Of a stretch of 64,000 nucleotides of DNA, positions 1-9,401 are shown in pieces. The notes under the pieces were generated by a model. That model had not been told where the DNA came from, ran no database searches, and saw nothing but the letters and a program-made list of their open reading frames with translations. Each line of letters starts with the position of its first letter. The stretch's first letter is position 1. This DNA is from a virus, in IMG/VR virus record IMGVR_UViG_3300042890_000947, positions 22,230 to 86,229 of that record. One strand, written 5' to 3'. The position numbers were made by a program, and so were the translations under genes.

Positions 1-1
1 A

Positions 2-679
2 GAGTTTTTATTTCCAACTTATGAGCCGACATCAAAAAATCAAACGAAACATAAGATTGAAAGAATATATCCAGAATATGATGCGAAGTATGGCGAATGG
101 GGATGGATTTCACTCGACAAGGCCGGATGTTTAATCGACTATGTAGATGAAATTTGTAGAGATGTTGACAATCCTATCTGCGTTGAAATTGGAGTTTATG
201 CGGGTAAGAGTATTTTGCCTGTTGCTTTGGAATTAAAGAGAAATTACAAAGGTCAAATCTATGCCATTGATCCTTGGACAAATGAAGAAGCGACCAAAGG
301 ATATGAGGGTCCGCACTATGAATATTGGAGTCAAATCAATCTACAAGAAAAATTTCAATTGTTTAAGACGGTAATTAAGGAATTTGAATTAGACGAATAT
401 GTTGTAACACTCAAAGAAACAAGTGATAATGCTCCTGAACTAAAGAATATTAACTTGCTACATATCGATGGTCAGCATACCGATCAAGCTCTACGCGATG
501 CGAAAAAGTATGCTGTGAATGTTGAACTGAATGGATACTGTATTGTCGATGATGTTGATTGGGGTCAAGTTGAAAATGTACCTAAGTTCTTAGAAAAGAT
601 AGGATTCGTGCCTATTCATTCGGTAGGCTCTACGGCAATCTTTAAGAAACTTTGTTACAGAACAGATGTGGAAATTTAA
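2..679 (+). CDS. Class I SAM-dependent methyltransferase (Methyltransf_24-like), 5' truncated by window
   Basis: Frame open from position 2; VEIGVYAGKS motif I, AIDPW, LLHIDGQH, IVDD motifs. Confidence 0.8.
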   Translation, partial: EFLFPTYEPTSKNQTKHKIERIYPEYDAKYGEWGWISLDKAGCLIDYVDEICRDVDNPICVEIGVYAGKSILPVALELKRNYKGQIYAIDPWTNEEATKGYEGPHYEYWSQINLQEKFQLFKTVIKEFELDEYVVTLKETSDNAPELKNINLLHIDGQHTDQALRDAKKYAVNVELNGYCIVDDVDWGQVENVPKFLEKIGFVPIHSVGSTAIFKKLCYRTDVEI

Positions 680-681
680 TT

Positions 682-2154
682 ATGAAGACAGTACTATTTT
701 ATCATATCTATTTGGACGATCTGGGTCATTGGTCATCAATTGTTAATGAACAGTTTTCCTGTGCTGTAGATTCGGGTCTATTTGATGCTACAGATGAAAT
801 GTATATCACATGTGTCAGCAACAGTTATTGGAAAACAAAGTGGTTTAGTGTTCTAGCTAATTCTTATTTTAAGAAAGCGGTAATCGAGGAAGTACCAGAT
901 CCTTTTGTTTCAGATCAAGATATGTTGAACCACTATCCTGATTTTACAAAAAATCAAGGCAATCATGGCGGAAATAAAAATACTGAATCCTATACCCATA
1001 GTAAAATCTATAATATGGCTCAAAAAGAAGACATGAAGATTTTGTATTTTCATGCGCGTGGTATAACTTTCAGTTTGAGAGGACTGTATGAGGCAAGAGA
1101 TAACAACAATGTTAAGTGGGCATATGATAATCAATATCAAAAGTCAACATATCTTTCTAGACAATTTTTAAATTGGGGAGCAATTGAAAATTGGAAAACA
1201 TTACATAAAGCTCTTGATACATATGATGTAGCCAGTTTCAATTACCAAACATATCTTATACCACATTTTGCTGGTAATACTTGGTGGGCAAAATCAAGCT
1301 ATCTGAGAACTCTCGGTGATCCTTCAAATCTAAATTGGTGGAACAGTTTTCTAGATAATTTAGGAGATGTTAGATCGATAATAGGATCTAACAGATATAG
1401 AGATGAATTCTGGATCAATTCAAATCCAGAGGCCAAGTTGTATAACTTTGTTGATATAAAAGAGAACGAGAATCCCCTTAAGAACATAGTTCATAGACCA
1501 GTGTATGAGAATAAGGCTCATCATCCTCTTCCAGAACCTGAAAAGCCTAAGCCCACTGAACAAGAATTAATGTTCAATGTGAACAAAGGCATGAACAAGA
1601 GAGCCTTTATAGTAGACAACTTCTATTCAGATCCTCTTGCTATTCGGGCTTTCGCGCAGCAGCAAGAATATGTCGAAGGTGGTTTTGGTCGTGGGTTTAT
1701 AGGAAAAAGAACAGTTAAGCAGTTTCTTTTTCCTGAAGTCAAGAGATCATTCGAATCTATTTTAAATATGAAAATTACCAAGTGGGAAGACTATGGTATG
1801 AATGGTAGATTCCAACTCAATACCGCAGGAGAACCAGTAGTATATCACTGTGACTTCCAAAAATATGCTGCTATGATCTTTCTAACACCAGATGCTCCGC
1901 CATCGTGTGGAACATCTACTTTCATGCATAAAAAGAGTAGAGTTCATCATAACTCTAGTCCACGCATCAATGAAGTTTTCTATGGTAGCAACCACCTTGA
2001 TGGAACTCCATTTGAAAGAGTTGATAAGTTCGGAAACATATTCAATAGATTGGTCATCTTTGACGGCGGATGCATCCATGCTGCCAGCGAATATTTTGGC
2101 ATAACTATGGATGATGCTAGACTGTGGCATATGTTCTTCTTTGACGCAGAATAA
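682..2154 (+). CDS. Fusion of glycosyltransferase-like domain and C-terminal 2OG-Fe(II) oxygenase-like domain
   Basis: N-term LYFHARG / HFAGNTWWAKSSY / RYRDEFWI (paralog of 39451-40263); Pro linker; C-term IVDNFY..HCD..FNRLVIFDGGCIHAA..RLWHMFFFD. Confidence 0.7.
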   Translation: MKTVLFYHIYLDDLGHWSSIVNEQFSCAVDSGLFDATDEMYITCVSNSYWKTKWFSVLANSYFKKAVIEEVPDPFVSDQDMLNHYPDFTKNQGNHGGNKNTESYTHSKIYNMAQKEDMKILYFHARGITFSLRGLYEARDNNNVKWAYDNQYQKSTYLSRQFLNWGAIENWKTLHKALDTYDVASFNYQTYLIPHFAGNTWWAKSSYLRTLGDPSNLNWWNSFLDNLGDVRSIIGSNRYRDEFWINSNPEAKLYNFVDIKENENPLKNIVHRPVYENKAHHPLPEPEKPKPTEQELMFNVNKGMNKRAFIVDNFYSDPLAIRAFAQQQEYVEGGFGRGFIGKRTVKQFLFPEVKRSFESILNMKITKWEDYGMNGRFQLNTAGEPVVYHCDFQKYAAMIFLTPDAPPSCGTSTFMHKKSRVHHNSSPRINEVFYGSNHLDGTPFERVDKFGNIFNRLVIFDGGCIHAASEYFGITMDDARLWHMFFFDAE

Positions 2155-2167
2155 TTTTTTTAAACAC

Positions 2168-2198
2168 TTGACTTGAGACATAGGATGTGATATAAATA
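2168..2198 (+). promoter_or_regulatory. Dual sigma70 / T4-late promoter for hsp20
   Basis: TTGACT-N17-TATAAA in which the -10 is also the late box TATAAATA. Confidence 0.7.
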
Positions 2199-2203
2199 TG
2201 TAT

Positions 2204-2259
2204 GTCTTCGCCTGAATGGGAAGACTTAAACAACTAACTTGCTAAACAGGAGTTAACAC
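2204..2259 (+). promoter_or_regulatory. ROSE-like RNA thermometer in hsp20 5' UTR
   Basis: Hairpin GTCTTC-G-CC/GG-GAAGAC then TAACTTGCT-AAAC-AGGAGTTA, pairing UUGCU with the SD. Confidence 0.7.
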
Positions 2260-2793
2260 ATGACTATCAATAAAATCCCCTTTTTCGATCCTATGTCTTT
2301 TTCTCTTCCGAAGCAGTTCAATACCACAATTGGATTTGAACCAATCTTGAAGAGACTTTCGGAAATGTCAGAAACCCTTCCTAAGATTCCTACTTATCCG
2401 CCTTACAATATCAGACAGACTGGTGAAAACACCTACGTTATTGAAATCGCTGTTGCTGGTTTTGGCAAGCAGGATCTGGAACTTGAGCTAGAAGATGGTA
2501 AGCTTACCGTCAAGGGCAATATTCATACAAATGACACCGACGACAATTATATCTTCAAGGGAATTGCAGAACGTGCTTTCACTCGCCAGTTCGCTCTGGC
2601 CGATACAATTGAAATTAAGAATGCTGATTTGATTAACGGTATGCTAAAGATTTGGCTTGAACGCTTCATTCCTGAAGATAAGAAGCCAAAGAAAATCAAC
2701 ATCGGCGAAAAGACTGAATCCAAGAAAGAACTTCTCAACGAGGATGGCAATACTGCCACCAAAGAGTATCTACAAGATAGATCGGAGAAGTAA
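2260..2793 (+). CDS. hsp20: Small heat shock protein Hsp20 (IbpA-like)
   Basis: YPPYNI, IEIAVAGF, KGIAERAFTRQF, NGMLKI motifs. Confidence 0.95.
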   Translation: MTINKIPFFDPMSFSLPKQFNTTIGFEPILKRLSEMSETLPKIPTYPPYNIRQTGENTYVIEIAVAGFGKQDLELELEDGKLTVKGNIHTNDTDDNYIFKGIAERAFTRQFALADTIEIKNADLINGMLKIWLERFIPEDKKPKKINIGEKTESKKELLNEDGNTATKEYLQDRSEK

Positions 2794-2942
2794 TGATAAG
2801 AACACTGAAGAAACTATTCACTCGCAAGAGTGAGCATGATCGTATGTATGATTATCTTTGTCAAGCTACCGATCAAGCTCACTTAGAATGGCTTCAGCGT
2901 GAATGGGACCGCAAGTCCTATAACGATAGGAGACATTGGTAA
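2793..2942 (+). CDS. Small protein, DUF3563-like (49 aa)
   Basis: MIRTLKKLFTRKSEHDRMYDYLCQATDQAHLEWLQREWDRKSYNDRRHW; TAATG coupling to hsp20. Confidence 0.55.
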   Translation: MIRTLKKLFTRKSEHDRMYDYLCQATDQAHLEWLQREWDRKSYNDRRHW

Positions 2943-2997
2943 TGGCTCCTTATACTAATGAAGAAGCTGATTGGCTATCTGGCCAATGACACTACAT

Positions 2998-3028
2998 ACT
3001 GAGGAGCAATAACGCTCCTCAGTTTTTA
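2998..3028 (+). terminator. Rho-independent terminator
   Basis: ACTGAGGAGC-AATAAC-GCTCCTCAGT followed by T-run. Confidence 0.8.
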
Positions 3029-3042
3029 TTATGGAGAAATGT

Positions 3043-4014
3043 ATGAATAAGACTATGCTTACTCTTGCTGCTGTTCTGTTTGCTTTTGGTACCAGTTCAG
3101 TTTATGCTACCAGTGATGTTATCCGTATTGTAGGATCATCTACAGTTTATCCCTTCACAACCACTGTCGCAGAACAGTTCGCTAAGAAGAATGGTGTTTC
3201 AGCACCAATCGTTGAAGCAACTGGCACTGGTGGTGGTATCAAGATGTTCTGTGCTGGTAACGGTCCGGATACTCCTGATGCTGTGAATGCTTCTCGTAAG
3301 ATGAAGGATGAAGAGAAGAAGATTTGTGCTGAGAATGGTGTAGAAAACATCACCGAAATGGCAATCGGTATTGATGCCATTGTAGTCGCAATGTCTAAGG
3401 ATCATCCTGGCATCAACCTATCAACAAACGATATCTATCGCGCTCTTGCGAAGTATGTGGTTGTTGATGGTAAGTTTGTCGAAAATCCAGTAAAGACTTG
3501 GAATGAGGTTCGTTCTGATCTTCCTTCTGACAAGATTGAAGTTCTTGGCCCGCCGCCAACTTCAGGTACGCGCGACTCATTTGTAGAGTTGGTATTTGAG
3601 AAGGAATGCAAGGCTGACATTAAGAATAACAACTTGATCGTTTCAGAAGAAGATACAAAGGCATTCTGTCAATCAGTTCGTGAAGATGGCGCATACATCG
3701 AAGCGGGTGAGAATGATAATCTAATCGTTCAGAAGCTTCAATCGAATCCTGCTGCTCTCGGTATCTTTGGTTATTCATTCCTTGAAGAGAACCTAAACAC
3801 TATTCAGGGCGCAACAATCAATGATGTTGCACCAGAATATGATGCTATCGCTGCTGGTAATTATCCAATCGCTCGTAAGCTCTATGTTTATTTCAAGGGA
3901 TCACACTTTGAATCAAATCCAGACTTGAAGAAGTTTATGGATGAATATCAGAGCGACGAAGCTATTGGCGAAGAAGGATATTTGGCTGAGAAGGGTCTTA
4001 TCCCGCTTAAGTAA
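3043..4014 (+). CDS. pstS: Phosphate ABC transporter substrate-binding protein PstS
   Basis: Signal peptide; IVGSSTVYPF, TGTGGGIKMFC, GPPPTSGTRDSF, GENDNLIVQKL. Confidence 0.95.
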   Translation: MNKTMLTLAAVLFAFGTSSVYATSDVIRIVGSSTVYPFTTTVAEQFAKKNGVSAPIVEATGTGGGIKMFCAGNGPDTPDAVNASRKMKDEEKKICAENGVENITEMAIGIDAIVVAMSKDHPGINLSTNDIYRALAKYVVVDGKFVENPVKTWNEVRSDLPSDKIEVLGPPPTSGTRDSFVELVFEKECKADIKNNNLIVSEEDTKAFCQSVREDGAYIEAGENDNLIVQKLQSNPAALGIFGYSFLEENLNTIQGATINDVAPEYDAIAAGNYPIARKLYVYFKGSHFESNPDLKKFMDEYQSDEAIGEEGYLAEKGLIPLK

Positions 4015-4017
4015 TAC

Positions 4018-4046
4018 TTGACAATCTGGAGAGGATGATATATACT
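4018..4046 (+). promoter_or_regulatory. sigma70 promoter for glycan operon
   Basis: TTGACA-N17-TATACT. Confidence 0.75.
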
Positions 4047-4076
4047 ATCATCTTCTCCTTTCTTTATAGGTATATT

Positions 4077-4826
4077 ATGAAACTCATTATTGAAAAGTCT
4101 GTGGTCGTTGTTACCCCTACAGTAGGTTCAGCAAAACTTGCTGATGCTGTTGAGAGCGTTGCGAATCAGACATATAAAAATCTCACACATCTTTTGGTTC
4201 TAGATGGAACTGAACATCTAGAACGTTTTAATAAAAATCTTGTGCACCAAGATAAGGATCATTGGAATCTTCAATTTATGTTTCTACCTTGGAACACTGG
4301 AGGGACTGGTGGCAAATTCTACGGGCATCGCATCTATGCTGGTGTTCCTCATTTTCTCAATGCTGATTATGTCTTTTTTCTTGATGAAGATAATTGGTAT
4401 GAACCCGATCATGTGAGAACTCTTGTAGAGGTGCTTGATCGTGGTAACGATTTCGCATACTCATTCCGCAAAATATACTCCCCCGATAAGACATATATCG
4501 CAGACGATAACTGTGAAGCACTAGGCAAATGGCCAATCTATTTCTCTCACAATGATCCGCAGTATCTTGTTGATACATCTTCGTTTGCCTTCAATACAAA
4601 ATTCCTACAGAAGACTTGTCATTTATGGCATTCTGGTTGGGGCGGTGATCGCAGATATCTTTACAGTGTATTAGCTCAGAATCCTAAGTGGGATACAAGT
4701 TATAAACACACTCTCTGTTATAGAACAGACGCAAATCCAAATTCTCCTGATGCTGATTTCTTCATCAAGGGCAACGAACAACAGCTTGAACATTATAATG
4801 GAGCATTACCATGGATTACAAATTAG
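4077..4826 (+). CDS. Glycosyltransferase family 2
   Basis: VVVVTPT..SVANQTY..LLVLDG; FLDEDNW DxD-like motif. Confidence 0.85.
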   Translation: MKLIIEKSVVVVTPTVGSAKLADAVESVANQTYKNLTHLLVLDGTEHLERFNKNLVHQDKDHWNLQFMFLPWNTGGTGGKFYGHRIYAGVPHFLNADYVFFLDEDNWYEPDHVRTLVEVLDRGNDFAYSFRKIYSPDKTYIADDNCEALGKWPIYFSHNDPQYLVDTSSFAFNTKFLQKTCHLWHSGWGGDRRYLYSVLAQNPKWDTSYKHTLCYRTDANPNSPDADFFIKGNEQQLEHYNGALPWITN

Positions 4827-5392
4827 TACTACCCGGCCAAGAAGTGATAGAATCAAACAGTCTTTCTCATTTAACATTAGAATACTTAAAAACGTATGCT
4901 TCAGGTGATATTTTTGTTGAAACTGGCACATATCTCGGTGATACTGTAAGACTTGCTCTTGAGCATGGTTTTAAGAAGATACATTCGATTGAGTTGAACA
5001 AGAAGCTTTATGATGATGCTGTAGAAATGTTTAAGGATGAACCAGCCGTGAAGATTTGGCTTGGCGATTCTGCCGAGATTCTTCCTGTTATCATTAATGA
5101 GATTGGAGATAACCGTGCTACTTTCTGGTTAGACGCTCACGCATCTGGACCTCTTGTTGGTGGCAAGAGCGGAGGTTCTCCTGTGGTAGATGAGTTAGCT
5201 ATCATTAATGCTAGTGTTTGTAAAGAACACACTATCTTTATTGATGATAAGAGATTATTTGGTTCGGCCGAATGGTCTTATGTGAGTTTATCAAGTGCTA
5301 TGGAAAATCTTTTAAAGATAAATCCAAAATATAGAATTGAATTTCTTGATGGACACATTCCTAATGATGTGATTTGCGCGAGAGTAGAATAA
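4811..5392 (+). CDS. Class I SAM-dependent methyltransferase
   Basis: FVETGTYLGD, HSIEL, GDS, FWLDAH, IFIDD. Confidence 0.8.
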   Translation: MDYKLVLPGQEVIESNSLSHLTLEYLKTYASGDIFVETGTYLGDTVRLALEHGFKKIHSIELNKKLYDDAVEMFKDEPAVKIWLGDSAEILPVIINEIGDNRATFWLDAHASGPLVGGKSGGSPVVDELAIINASVCKEHTIFIDDKRLFGSAEWSYVSLSSAMENLLKINPKYRIEFLDGHIPNDVICARVE

Positions 5393-6297
5393 TGGGTAAA
5401 GACTTAATTATTGGTGGCGCTTCTGGCTACACCTGGGATCAATTGAAGTACTGGGTCAATTCAATTCAGCTTTCTGGTTTTGCTGGTGATGTTGTTCTAG
5501 TCGCAACAAACATCACTAAAGAGACAATTGATAAGCTCACAAGCAAGGGTGTTATTCTTGAATTGTATGGCAATAAGGATGCTGAAGGCAACTTTACAGC
5601 ACACACAAATGGTGCGCCTCATGTAGAACGCTTCTTCTATATCTGGAACTACATCAGACAAAATCTAGATTTATATGATTTCGTGATCACGACGGACACG
5701 CGCGATGTTGTGTTTCAGCAGAATCCCTCTGCTTGGCTTGATGAGATGATTTTCTCTGGTCGTGAAACTATTGTTGTAGCTTCTGAGGGAATGAAATATG
5801 AAGACGAGCCTTGGAGCAATAACAATTTATTAGAATCTTTCGGACCATATTTCCATAGCATATATAAGTCGAATCCAATTTTCAACGTTGGTACTATTGC
5901 GGGCGAAGCTGCGTACATTGCTGACTTACTATTTTTGATCTTCCAGTTGTCTATCAACAGACCTATTCCGATTGTTGATCAAGCTGTATTCAATATCATT
6001 CTTCAACAGAAGCCGTATAAGGATATTGTTAAGTTCTCATACAACTCTGATGGGTGGGCAATTCAGCTTGGCACAACAATTGAGGCGGTAAAGTCTGGCG
6101 CTGGTGATATTGGCATGAGCGTAGCACAGAATCCATCAAACATGATTCTATATCAAGCTAAGTATTTTGATGAGCAACCGCGACTAACTGCTGATGGTTA
6201 TGTTGAGAACGAAAAAGGCAATAGATTTGTAATTGTTCACCAATATGATCGCACTAATTCTTGGAAAAATAAGATTATGGAGAAGTATAATGACTAA
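5392..6297 (+). CDS. Putative GT-A fold glycosyltransferase
   Basis: ERF, TTDTRDVVFQ, NVGTIAG, DQAVFN, IVHQYDR motifs. Confidence 0.65.
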   Translation: MGKDLIIGGASGYTWDQLKYWVNSIQLSGFAGDVVLVATNITKETIDKLTSKGVILELYGNKDAEGNFTAHTNGAPHVERFFYIWNYIRQNLDLYDFVITTDTRDVVFQQNPSAWLDEMIFSGRETIVVASEGMKYEDEPWSNNNLLESFGPYFHSIYKSNPIFNVGTIAGEAAYIADLLFLIFQLSINRPIPIVDQAVFNIILQQKPYKDIVKFSYNSDGWAIQLGTTIEAVKSGAGDIGMSVAQNPSNMILYQAKYFDEQPRLTADGYVENEKGNRFVIVHQYDRTNSWKNKIMEKYND

Positions 6298-7315
6298 GAC
6301 TGTATTGATTACTGGCGGCGCTGGCTTTATCGCACACCATGTTGTGGGACATTTATTGGATAATACAGACTGGAATATTATCACATTAGATAGACTTGAT
6401 TATTCTGGCAATTTGAATAGATTATATGAAGTCACTCATGATCGTCCTTCCGATCAAACAAAGAGAGTTCGTACTGTTTTTCATGATTTGAAGGCTGAAC
6501 TTAATCCTCTCGTACAGAATTTTGTTGGTAAGCCAGATATCATTCTTCATTTGGCAGCAGCTTCACATGTGGATCGTTCTATTTCACATCCTATAGAATG
6601 TATTACAGATAATGTCATGGGCACAGCTAACTTGCTTGAGTACGCGCGTAGACTTGATAATCTTGAAATGTTCCTTTATTTTAGTACTGATGAAATCTTT
6701 GGTGTAGCACCTCCCGGTGTTGCGTACAAGGAACGTGATCGTTACAACTCGACCAATCCTTACTCAGCATCTAAGGCAGGCGCAGAAGAACTGTGTGTTG
6801 CGTATGAGAACACATACAAGATGCCAATGATGGTCACTCACACAATGAACGTGTTTGGCGAACGTCAGACTCCAGAGAAGTTTATTCCTCTGTCTATTAA
6901 GAAGGTACTACACGATGAAGTAGTGACTATTCATGCTGATCCCACAAAGACAAGAGCAGGATCTCGTTTCTATGTTCATGCTAAGGATGTGGCTGACGCA
7001 CTGTTATTCTTATTACAGAATAATCCACAGATTGAACCAGATTTTGGTATGGCAAAGTGTCGCAAATTTAATATTGTTGGTAAAGAAGAAGTGGACAATC
7101 TTTCTCTTGCTAAGATGATTGCTGCCGCTCAGAATAAGGAACTAAAATATGAGATGGTTGATTTTCATACTTCTAGACCAGGTCACGATCTTAGGTATGC
7201 TCTCTCTGGTGATCTTATGCGGTCACTTGGTTGGGAACCTAGACTTGCTTTAAGTGAGCGCATCAAGGAAGTATCTGATTGGTATATGAATAATACCAAA
7301 TGGTTAGGAATGTAA
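6290..7315 (+). CDS. rfbB: dTDP-glucose 4,6-dehydratase
   Basis: GGAGFIA, HLAAASHVDRSI, STDE, YSASK, RPGHDLRYA. Confidence 0.9.
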   Translation: MTKTVLITGGAGFIAHHVVGHLLDNTDWNIITLDRLDYSGNLNRLYEVTHDRPSDQTKRVRTVFHDLKAELNPLVQNFVGKPDIILHLAAASHVDRSISHPIECITDNVMGTANLLEYARRLDNLEMFLYFSTDEIFGVAPPGVAYKERDRYNSTNPYSASKAGAEELCVAYENTYKMPMMVTHTMNVFGERQTPEKFIPLSIKKVLHDEVVTIHADPTKTRAGSRFYVHAKDVADALLFLLQNNPQIEPDFGMAKCRKFNIVGKEEVDNLSLAKMIAAAQNKELKYEMVDFHTSRPGHDLRYALSGDLMRSLGWEPRLALSERIKEVSDWYMNNTKWLGM

Positions 7316-7316
7316 T

Positions 7317-8510
7317 ATGGAAAACTGCGTAGAAATTAAAGAATGTATTGCGTGTGGAGGCAATCATTTAAAGTCTCTACTTGATCTTGGAATACAGCCT
7401 CTAGCTAATTCGTTTGTTAAGACAGACAATGAACCAGAGGCTGTGTATCCTCTCGCTACCAATTATTGCGAAGAATGCTTTCATGTACAATTGACACATA
7501 AAGTTAATCCTGATCTTTTGTTCAAGAACTATCTCTATGTGTCTGGTACTACAAAGACTCAGTTAGAATACTTTGATTGGTTTGCTCAGTTTGTTATGGA
7601 AAACCATAAAGCGGATCGTGTTTTAGATATCGGCTGCAATGACGGCTCACAACTTGACGCATTCAAGAAGTATGGCGCATTGACTTTCGGTGTTGATCCT
7701 GCAGAAAATCTATATCAGATCAGTTCCAAGAATCATCATGTACATTGTGGCTATTTTGATAGCACTTATCCTAGAATTGGATGTGGTGCTGTTATCTGCC
7801 AAAATGCTTTTGCTCACAACTATGACCAGCTTACATTCTTAAAGAATATGGCTAACGTTGTGTCAGATGAAGGGTACATCTATATTACTACATCACAGGC
7901 CGACATGGTCTTGAACTGTGAGTTTGATACTATCTATCACGAACATCTTTCTTTCTATAACGTTCGTTCTATGAATGAACTGTGTAAAAGGGCTGGACTA
8001 AATCTAGTAGAAGTATTAAAGCATCCGATTCATGGCACTAGCTTTATCTTTGTTATATCAAAGTCAAAAGCTAGACCTTCATATATCAATCTTCTTATTA
8101 AGAATGAAGAAACATATCATCTTTATGATGAGAACACCTATGAAGCTTACGTTGAGGAATGTAAGAATATTATAGAAGCGTTTGGTATTGAAGTTAGAAA
8201 CCACAAGGCAGCGGGTAAGACTGTTATTGGCTATGGTGCTCCAGCTAAGGGCAACACTCTACTAAACGCAGCAAACATCATACTTGATTTCATCATTGAT
8301 GATAATCCTATGAAGCAAGGATTGTTTACTCCTGGTATGCGCGTTCCTATCTTCTCTTCGGAAAAGATGAATGAATATGCCAATGAAGATGTTGTATTCG
8401 TGCCTCTTGCTTGGAACTTCTTTGAAGAGATTCAAGCTAAGATTAAAAAGCTTCGTCCTGACAAGAAGGATTCTTTTGTAAGATATTTTCCATACGTGTT
8501 TACGGAATAA
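7317..8510 (+). CDS. NDP-sugar C-methyltransferase (Zn-binding N-term)
   Basis: CIACG, LDLGIQPLAN, DIGCNDG, FDTIYHEH, GYGAPAKGNTLLN, LAWNF. Confidence 0.85.
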   Translation: MENCVEIKECIACGGNHLKSLLDLGIQPLANSFVKTDNEPEAVYPLATNYCEECFHVQLTHKVNPDLLFKNYLYVSGTTKTQLEYFDWFAQFVMENHKADRVLDIGCNDGSQLDAFKKYGALTFGVDPAENLYQISSKNHHVHCGYFDSTYPRIGCGAVICQNAFAHNYDQLTFLKNMANVVSDEGYIYITTSQADMVLNCEFDTIYHEHLSFYNVRSMNELCKRAGLNLVEVLKHPIHGTSFIFVISKSKARPSYINLLIKNEETYHLYDENTYEAYVEECKNIIEAFGIEVRNHKAAGKTVIGYGAPAKGNTLLNAANIILDFIIDDNPMKQGLFTPGMRVPIFSSEKMNEYANEDVVFVPLAWNFFEEIQAKIKKLRPDKKDSFVRYFPYVFTE

Positions 8511-8522
8511 GTGAGGTATAAT

Positions 8523-9401
8523 ATGAAGAAAAAACTTAAATTAGGTTTTACCGATGCGTATGATAATGCTAAGAAAACTCTAACCGATATTCTCGGTAGA
8601 TACTACGAAATTATTCGAGATGATACCAATCCAGATTATCTTATCTTTTGTGATCCTACATTTGGTACCAACAACTACACATATAAAAACTGCAAGAAGA
8701 TTTTATTTACAGGCGAAAATTATCGTCCAACATATTTCACATATGATTATGCTATCACATTTGATCATGAGAGTAGTCCAAAGCACTATCGTTTACCGCT
8801 ATATGTTGCTGAAATGTTGTCGGCAACATATGATACAGACTACAAGGACTTCTATCATGTACTGAATAGAAAAGTTGATATTGAATATGAATGGGACAGA
8901 AAAACAGAATTTTGTTCTTTCGTTCAAAGTAATCCCAACTGTGAAACTCGCAATATTTTCTTTGATCTTCTCTCAGAATATAAGAAAGTGAATTCGGCAG
9001 GGCCGCACAAGAACAACATAGGATATACTATTCCTAAAAAGCTTCAAGCAAAAATTGATTTTGTTTCTAAACACAAGTTTAACATTGCTTTTGAGAACGG
9101 TAGTTATCCTGGGTATGTAACCGAAAAGATATTGAATACTTTCTATTCGAATACAATACCTATATACTGGGGGAGTCTAACTGTTGTGCGTGATTTTAAT
9201 CCAAAAGCATTTATCAATAGTCATGAGTATGTAAATTTGGGTGAGGTCGTTGATCGTGTTAGAGAACTGGACAATAACAAGAACCTGTATCTTGATATGC
9301 TTTCACAATCTGCTGTCAAAGATAACAGACCAAATGAATGGATGAACTTTGATGAATTTTATAAGTGGTTCGATACTTTTGTTTATGAGGATAAATTGTA
9401 A
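8523..9401 (+). CDS. GT10 alpha-1,3-fucosyltransferase-like
   Basis: FTGENYRP, KFNIAFENGSYPGYVTEKI, IPIYWG, FNPKAFI. Confidence 0.85.
   Translation: MKKKLKLGFTDAYDNAKKTLTDILGRYYEIIRDDTNPDYLIFCDPTFGTNNYTYKNCKKILFTGENYRPTYFTYDYAITFDHESSPKHYRLPLYVAEMLSATYDTDYKDFYHVLNRKVDIEYEWDRKTEFCSFVQSNPNCETRNIFFDLLSEYKKVNSAGPHKNNIGYTIPKKLQAKIDFVSKHKFNIAFENGSYPGYVTEKILNTFYSNTIPIYWGSLTVVRDFNPKAFINSHEYVNLGEVVDRVRELDNNKNLYLDMLSQSAVKDNRPNEWMNFDEFYKWFDTFVYEDKL

Noticed and set aside
2945-3042. Pho box upstream of pstS
   Set aside because: No CTGTCAT-type 11-bp direct repeats visible
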